Part shown: positions 58,901-64,000 of the stretch, in pieces
Layout of the letters: every line of letters starts with the position of its first letter
Position numbering within the stretch: the first letter of the stretch is position 1
Source: Bacillota bacterium
GTDB lineage: Bacteria > Bacillota > Bacilli > Alicyclobacillales > SLC66
Direction: 5' to 3'
Assembly: GCA_026627345.1 (NCBI GenBank)
Contig: JAPNUP010000084.1
Span: 4,325 to 68,324, forward strand
Length of the DNA: 64,000 nt
Position numbers and translations under genes: made by a program
Notes under the pieces: generated by a model
Database searches by the model: none
What the model was told of the DNA's origin: nothing
Seen by the model: only the letters and a program-made list of their open reading frames with translations

Positions 58901-59699
58901 CGCGAAGCGTCTCGAGGAGCGACGTGTGATGGCAGCCGATGCGAATCGGATGAACGAAGTGTGGAGCGCTGCCTGTGCACAGTGGCAGTCACAGTGGATC
59001 ACACCGTCACAGCAAGAGATTGAGGGGTTACGTCAGGAGATCAGTGAGTTGTTCTATCATATCCATCAACGCTTCACATTCGCCCAAAACGATTTGTTAC
59101 TCAAAGCCTACCATCCTTCGTGGCTGGAAAGCGGTACGACGGATCAAGTCGAACGCTCAGTCGCGGAGTGGTTACGTCTCGTTGGCCTTCACCTAGGCCA
59201 GGAAGCGCGCGCTACCGTCATACGGGTGAACCGCTATGCGCGTGATCTCGCAGCGGCTTGGTGTGCGCGCAGCGCCGATGCACTCGCTCAGTCGCTGCCT
59301 TTCACACCAGCTGCACCACCGCTGTCGGCATCACCCGATCTTGTGCCCGCCATTCCGGCGTTTACGAGCGAAGCACTGCGGGGCCGTATCGCGCAAATGG
59401 TGAAGCGCCACTTTCGGCAAGCAGATCAGTTCTATGAACGGGGCGGCCGTAAGCAATTAGGTGTTGAACTAGAACCTTTGGCAAAGGAATTGGCTCATGA
59501 GTATCTCGACTTTGTGCAGCAAAGTTTTATGGACACCTATGGGCAGTGGCTGAAGAAAGCGTGCGAAGCGTGGCGCGACGCTCAGTCCACGGAGCTCATC
59601 GAGGCGATTGACGCCGAAGTGCAATCACTGCGCGATCCTGAGGTAGCTATTCGTCTCGCGCAAGTGATGGAGAAGTTCCCGGCGGCACAAATCGGCTAA
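55950..59699 (+). CDS. dynA: bacterial dynamin-like protein DynA (two fused dynamin GTPase modules)
   Basis: Two P-loops (GHFSAGKSTLINALL; GAFSAGKSTLVNALLG) and two DTPG motifs (LYDTPGVDS; LVDTPGADS) in about 1249 aa. TTG 55950 follows GGGAGGGGAAAGG. Confidence 0.85.
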   Translation: MTDGRTQTAPVALFAKEQAALLQRLAHLFADAGDATRVRKLETLREKWERSETAMVFTGHFSAGKSTLINALLRQAVLPASPLPTSANAVRISFGAAQAHARMMNGDSLTLPDLSENALSELKEWCRAGDDVASVEIATPAALLQEGLVLYDTPGVDSTDERHAAQTDDVLFAADAVIFVADYHHVMSDINFHFMRRLVDEGKPIWLVVSQMDKHNEWEMPLATFEQSVLDALSSWQIACEQVSFVAAKEASDPGLCSLRDKLRAQAVADLPAPAITSALTRLLNEHGRWLSVRAGESDEQIEAARALFAKREQQAATRGAREAERLTAIADFAEELRAITTQAILLPYETTELAVLYIESLHPQFRVGFLSSAKRVAAVREERLKTFAQALQERTHDHIGRHLLQALLRTARAQGWSLDFAQEALETALAQVDESFVAAQVATGAGLDRAYGYAYAKHVDEAVRQIFLRFISVVVEALQSAGSERESAADELAVTPELDALASRIRLRESRLEHLRLEAQTVFTSDLRRAPVSARVEIRAMATDDETRAGNDPSPSHRVTLPIVGSLGSPFAALDQALPDPTRAYSVDAVASEASLTLSTRRTDLINRLQIAIGLCDEPVLRRFLRALTERLTRLLEEQYTVALFGAFSAGKSTLVNALLGGDILPVSPNPATAAISRVLPPTKDTPHKTVRVLYKSASDLTAEVEAACTALSIPAVQPDALSTALAALKDVQVGGERVAHHTFLQAVARGWDLLGGRLGTEETLLADDFAAAVATEERAAFAERIDLYYASPFAEAGIILVDTPGADSINARHTDVSFRYLRDADAVLFVTYYNHAFSKADREFLEQVGRVKDALAYDSLHVVINAIDLAQNADEVAQVQAYVVRELGRAGVRAPRVYPVSSQLGVLAQLLVATPNEEAVSQTIRRRLRLSNEATLPAPDAIWRMSGVQGLVEEVLAHTRGRLLSQTLSAGEDELSRIREYLAKRLEERRVMAADANRMNEVWSAACAQWQSQWITPSQQEIEGLRQEISELFYHIHQRFTFAQNDLLLKAYHPSWLESGTTDQVERSVAEWLRLVGLHLGQEARATVIRVNRYARDLAAAWCARSADALAQSLPFTPAAPPLSASPDLVPAIPAFTSEALRGRIAQMVKRHFRQADQFYERGGRKQLGVELEPLAKELAHEYLDFVQQSFMDTYGQWLKKACEAWRDAQSTELIEAIDAEVQSLRDPEVAIRLAQVMEKFPAAQIG

Positions 59700-59706
59700 A
59701 GCGAGG

Positions 59707-60096
59707 TCAATCCGGTTGATTGATCATGTGATGCGCGGTCAGTGTCAGGCGTTCGAAGATAAAGTCACGCATCTCGCCTTGAAGCTGCGTCTCATCCATG
59801 GCTGCGCGCATGCAGTTTAGCCACGCTTGCGCGCGCCTGCTGTTAATCGGGTGAGGCATGTGGCGAGCCCGCAACATCGGATGACCGTGTTGTTCGGAGT
59901 ATAGGGGTGGACCGCCGAGAAACTGTGTGAGAAATAAGTACTGCTTGTCCCTGACCGGCGTGATATCTTCCGGGAAAATCGGACTCAGGTCCGGATCCTT
60001 CACGACGCGTCGGTAAAAAGCGTCGACGAGGCGGCGAATCGTATCCGCCCCTCCAATCGCTTCGTATGGGGACTGTGAACCATTTGTCTGCAACAT
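59707..60096 (-). CDS. group II truncated hemoglobin (YjbI-like globin)
   Basis: 129 aa. YEAIGG...LVDAFY...FLTQFLGGP..Y....GHP.LR.RH pattern. AGGAGAG RBS. Confidence 0.88.
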   Translation of the reverse strand: MLQTNGSQSPYEAIGGADTIRRLVDAFYRRVVKDPDLSPIFPEDITPVRDKQYLFLTQFLGGPPLYSEQHGHPMLRARHMPHPINSRRAQAWLNCMRAAMDETQLQGEMRDFIFERLTLTAHHMINQPD

Positions 60097-60108
60097 GTAT
60101 CTCTCCTG

Positions 60109-60519
60109 TCAAGACATAAATAGCCGCCGCAAAACTTCAGGGACCGGCGTACTGGTGCGCTTGATCGCATCCACTGTCACCAAGGTCACCGTGCCGTCTG
60201 CGATCTGGGCCTGGTCTTGCTCGCGCACAATGGACTGTTTTACAGTGAAACTGGTGTTGCCTACGCGTTCTGGGCGCGTAATGACGGTCAGGACATCATT
60301 TTGTCGTGCTTCCTTGCGGTAGTTGAGGTTCACATTGACCGTCATCGTTACGACCCCGAGTGCCAGTAACACGTCATAAGGCAAGGCGGCGTGTTCGTAC
60401 CAGTCCTCACGGCCCCACTCCAGATACTCCAGATATTTCGCATTGTTCACGTGTCCATTAATATCGATCTCAGTCGATCGCACAATGAGCGACAGTCTGG
60501 ATTCAAGCATGTCAGTCAT
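60109..60519 (-). CDS. acyl-CoA thioesterase, 4HBT/YbgC-like hotdog fold
   Basis: VRSTEIDINGHVNNAKYLEYLEW motif. ATG 60519 lies 8 nt after AAGGAG. The track ORF is over-extended to 60642. Confidence 0.82.
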   Translation of the reverse strand: MTDMLESRLSLIVRSTEIDINGHVNNAKYLEYLEWGREDWYEHAALPYDVLLALGVVTMTVNVNLNYRKEARQNDVLTVITRPERVGNTSFTVKQSIVREQDQAQIADGTVTLVTVDAIKRTSTPVPEVLRRLFMS

Positions 60520-60593
60520 CCGCGTCACTCCTTTGATCCTATTGTACGCGTCAGACGGGACCCGACTCAAGTTGCGGGTCCCGGGAAGTGAAA

Positions 60594-61664
60594 TCACGGG
60601 CGCTTGCCTTTGCGTCGCGCTTCGACAGTGAGCGCCTTCCATTTCTTCTGCGCTGCGATTTGGGCACGAACATCGTCTTGTCTACTGAGATATGCGAGTT
60701 CTCTTTGCAACTTGCCATAGTGGGTGAATCGTTCCAGAGTCAGTGTGCCAGACTGTAGCGCGCCTTGTACGGCGCACCCAGGCTCTTTCTCATGACGGCA
60801 GTCACGGTAGCGGCACGATGTGGCGAGTTCAGTGATGTCCGAAAACGAGCCTTCGAGTCCGTCTCCTGTGCCCCATAGTCCCAGTTCGCGCATGCCGGGC
60901 GTGTCGATGATGAGACCGCCGCCTGGCAAGAAGAGTAGTTCACGATGTGTCGTAGTATGGCGCCCGCGATCATCGTCTGCTCTGACAGCTTGGACCTTCA
61001 TCGTAGGAGAGTCCAGAAGCGCGTTAATCAGCGTAGATTTGCCAGCGCCAGACGCCCCTGTGAAAACGGCCGTTCGCGCGTATGGACCGTCCCTTAGCAA
61101 CGCGCGCAAAGGGTCGAGACCTACACCCAAAACAGCGCTGACTGCGATGATCTCAGCTCCTTGCGCTGCGGTCTGTGCTTCGCGTAGATACACATTCGGC
61201 TCATCGCAAAGATCAGTCTTGCTCAGTATGATAACCGGATGTGCGCCGCTTTCCCAGATGGCCGTCAGGTAGCGTTCGAGGCGTCTCAAGTTGAAGTCTC
61301 GGTTTTGCGCCATGACAAGGCACACAAAGTCGACATTGGCTGCGATGATTTGCTCTTGCATGCCACCACCTGCAGCTTTGCGAGAAAAGCACGATCGTCT
61401 GGGCACGAGACCATGTAAGATAGCTCGTTCGTCGCCTTGCGCTCGTGTAAACGCCACAAAATCGCCTACGGCTGGCAGATCGGCACGCTCGGTGGCGGCA
61501 TTGCGCCATTTGCCTGAGAGCGAACCCCACATTTCTCCATCTTCAGTATACAGGCGATAGAGTTGCTGATACTCCGTCGCCACGCGGCCATAGCGCACGC
61601 CTGGCATCGACAATTCGTGTGTGTGCGCAGTAAAATAATCGTTCCAACCGAGTGTTTCAAGCAA
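60594..61664 (-). CDS. rsgA: ribosome small subunit-dependent GTPase A (RsgA/YloQ/EngC family)
   Basis: Circularly permuted GTPase: SKTDL (G4), then GASGAGKSTLINAL (G1), then DTPG (G3). C-terminal zinc knuckle CRYRDCRHEKEPGC. TTG start. Confidence 0.85.
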   Translation of the reverse strand: MLETLGWNDYFTAHTHELSMPGVRYGRVATEYQQLYRLYTEDGEMWGSLSGKWRNAATERADLPAVGDFVAFTRAQGDERAILHGLVPRRSCFSRKAAGGGMQEQIIAANVDFVCLVMAQNRDFNLRRLERYLTAIWESGAHPVIILSKTDLCDEPNVYLREAQTAAQGAEIIAVSAVLGVGLDPLRALLRDGPYARTAVFTGASGAGKSTLINALLDSPTMKVQAVRADDDRGRHTTTHRELLFLPGGGLIIDTPGMRELGLWGTGDGLEGSFSDITELATSCRYRDCRHEKEPGCAVQGALQSGTLTLERFTHYGKLQRELAYLSRQDDVRAQIAAQKKWKALTVEARRKGKRP

Positions 61665-61987
61665 GTGTGTGGACCCCCTGTGCGGATACGGCCAAGAAGC
61701 CGTGATGTGACATACCTGATCGGCAGGTATCTCAGGGGAAGGTGGGGTTCGACTACGAGGCGGTCACATGGAAGAGACGCGTAGTTTACTGACCAGTCCT
61801 CAAGAGCCTGCCTGTCAACGCGACACGTGTGATCAAAATGGGTTTCGTCGTCATAACACATCACTCCTGATTAGCAGATATAGGAATTATAGCGAATAGA
61901 TCGAAAGGTTGCAACCTGTGCGCTCCTCACTCCGTCTGATCAGCATAACGGCGCATCAAGAACGCCGGTCAAGGAGGAGACGTGAGC

Positions 61988-64000
61988 GATGTTGAAGCAT
62001 AAGCAACGAGCACTTTTACCAAGCGCAGCGGCGCTGCTTTGTGCACTAGGTGTTGTGGTACCGTTGACGGCGGCGCCTGCACACGCCATGCAAGTTGGCG
62101 CGACGGCGATGACCGTCAGGCAAGCCGAACAGATCGCGCAAAAGGAAACCTACATTCCTCAAGGGTATACCTTCTCATCAAGCAATTTCAGCGCGGCGCA
62201 GGGTGGACAACCGGCGCAGTACAATCTGAACTATACGTCAAGCCCCACCTCGTTTTCGCAAGAAACCTATCTGAATGTCACAGTCGATGCGAGTAATGGC
62301 GTTATTCTCAGTTACTATCGGCAACCTACCAGCGTCTTGTTTCACTTTCCTGCGCAACTGTCACTTGACCAAGCGCAGACCTTGGCCGAGCAATGGGTAC
62401 AGCGCCTGTACGGGCCTTATACAAAAGAACTGATGCCACCGCAAGTACTACCCTCGGGCACGAGCTTGACTGTACCGATCACGTATACCTTCTCTTTTGA
62501 ACGAATCGTAAACGGTGTTCCGGCGCCTTTTAATGGGGTGACGATCGGACTGTCGAGTAATGGTCATCTGACGCAAGCGTCCGCGACTTGGGCGACAGTG
62601 CCTTTCCCGTCGGCCAAACCCGTGGTGTCTGTCGTGCGCGCAAAAGCGATCTATCAGAAGTCACTTCATTTTTATCTCGTATACGGTCAACAGTACAATC
62701 AAGGCGGAGTGCCTTCGACTGTTCTCGCCTATACGCAACCAGCACTCCCGTACTCTGATGCCTGGAGTACTTCTTTGCCGGATGACGAGTCCGTTATACC
62801 GCCTGTCATCAGTGCGACAAGCGGGCAGGTGATCAATTCCAAAGGGGTCGTGCAGCCGCTGCCGAGCCATGAGAAACCCAGCGTGATACAGCCGGGCGGG
62901 CCAGCAATATTTCCAGGAAAACCTCGTAGTGACTGGACCGAGACTGAGGCGCTCACCTATGCCACACGCCTGTTGAACCTCGCACATACGGATGTCTTGT
63001 CAAGCGCCTCGATCAGTATGCAGCAGACGCCAAACGATAAGGTCTGGAATTTTACATGGAATGCACCAGGACATAGACAAATACTCGCTTCCGTGGACGC
63101 GACGCAAGGCGTGCTCAGCAGTTATAACGACATTATTCTGTCACAGTCGCCTCCAGCTAAAAGCCAGGGTGGGCAGACGGTGCCCCAAAAGGACTTGAAA
63201 ATTGCGGAAGCGTTCATACGCCACGTATTTCCTCAAGACACAGGCGGGATCAGTGTCTCACTGGCACCTTTTCAGAAATTCCCCGGAGGCCAACGACCGT
63301 TTTATACAGTTCGCTTTTCTTATCGCGGTCTGAACGTGCAAACTGCCGAAGGGTACCTAAATGTCGATGGTGCAACGGGTCAGGTCGCTTCATTCAATTG
63401 GCAACCCATTGTAGGACTGGCGACACTTCAGAATCCAAGTAAGGCTGTACCGGTCGGGCAAGTGACGGCTGCGTGGATGAAGGCAGACCCGTTGTCCCTT
63501 CAGTACTTAAGTACGCAGTCAGGGCATATCGTCCTGGTTTACGCACCAATCGGACAATACGGAAATGGGATGATGATCAATGCGTTGACCGGGTCCCCGC
63601 AGACGCAAGGTCTCACGCCACAACCTTATACAGGGAAAATTCGCGATCTTGCAGGGACCCCTAATGCCGCTGAGGTCCAACTCCTAGCGTCAGAAGGACT
63701 GCTTCCTGTGTCGGCGAGTGGGGATGTGTACCCGCATCAGGTGCTGACACAAGCAGCACTCGTGACGATGGTGATGAATGCGCTCGAGCTCAGTTCCACG
63801 CCGAACGTCCCGCCGAGTGAGCTGAATACCTTGAAGACGTTGCTGACTTCGCTCTCGCCGAGTTCACCTGACTATACAGCAATCAGTTCAGCTTTTGCTC
63901 GCGGCTGGTTGGGCGGGTCGCCTGCTTTTTCAGCGAATGCTCCAGCATCGCGCGAGTTCGCCGCACAGTTTTTGGCACGCGCGCTTGGATACGGTCCAGT
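61988..64000 (+). CDS. secreted cell-wall protein with YcdB/YcdC (PepSY-like) repeats and C-terminal SLH-like domains, 3' end outside the window
   Basis: ATG 61988 follows AAGGAGGAG. Signal peptide MLKHKQRALLPSAAALLCALGVVVPLTAAPAHA. Open frame to the end of the window, so it is absent from the ORF track. The last 100 or so aa have SLH-like periodicity (AAEVQLLASEGLLPVSASGDVYPHQVLTQAALV). Confidence 0.6.

Noticed and set aside
61466-61864. 132-aa minus-strand ORF upstream of and overlapping rsgA
   Set aside because: It is out of frame with the motif-rich RsgA N-terminus, its start codon abuts the putative SD with no spacer, and its sequence is Cys/Arg/His-rich.

Overview
The window looks like chromosomal DNA from a moderately GC-rich, spore-forming Firmicute, probably Bacillales and Alicyclobacillaceae-like. 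The evidence is CotF-type coat proteins, a YheC/D ATP-grasp protein, YjzC, fused double-dynamin DynA, an SLH/YcdB-type wall protein and strong GGAGG-type RBSs. Most of it is housekeeping and sugar or redox metabolism. Left to right it holds pcrA; an 11-gene single-strand operon (3440-15840); an S9 peptidase; glnS; and a run of oxidoreductases with a symporter. The operon comprises a family-5 SBP, two Opp/Dpp-type permease/ATPase sets, an internal ROK regulator and a secreted GH30 glycosidase. Then come an ABC-F ATPase, an amidase, a GGDEF-EAL protein, a rhodanese-MBL fusion, a LipL-like protein, ctaB, an M20 dipeptidase, a 3-MST-type sulfurtransferase, ppiB, ispG, csp, coat proteins, dynA, and an rsgA-thioesterase-truncated globin string. 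No rRNA, tRNA, CRISPR array or mobile element was seen. The best lead is at 52458-53156. Two ORFs that look separate are in one frame, split only by TGA 52887-52889. A SECIS-like hairpin with a GGUC loop follows the TGA. Read-through gives a short GrdB-family protein with a U-P-L-C redox motif, so this is probably an orphan selenoprotein that ORF callers would split or truncate. Secondary leads are a perfect 57-bp tandem duplication (period 70 bp) of a two-hairpin element in the divergent Fe-ADH/SDR control region, a long structured leader ahead of the big operon, a divergent UDG-superfamily protein, and a GlnRS in a Bacillus-like background. All protein calls rest on motif recognition by eye; no searches were run.
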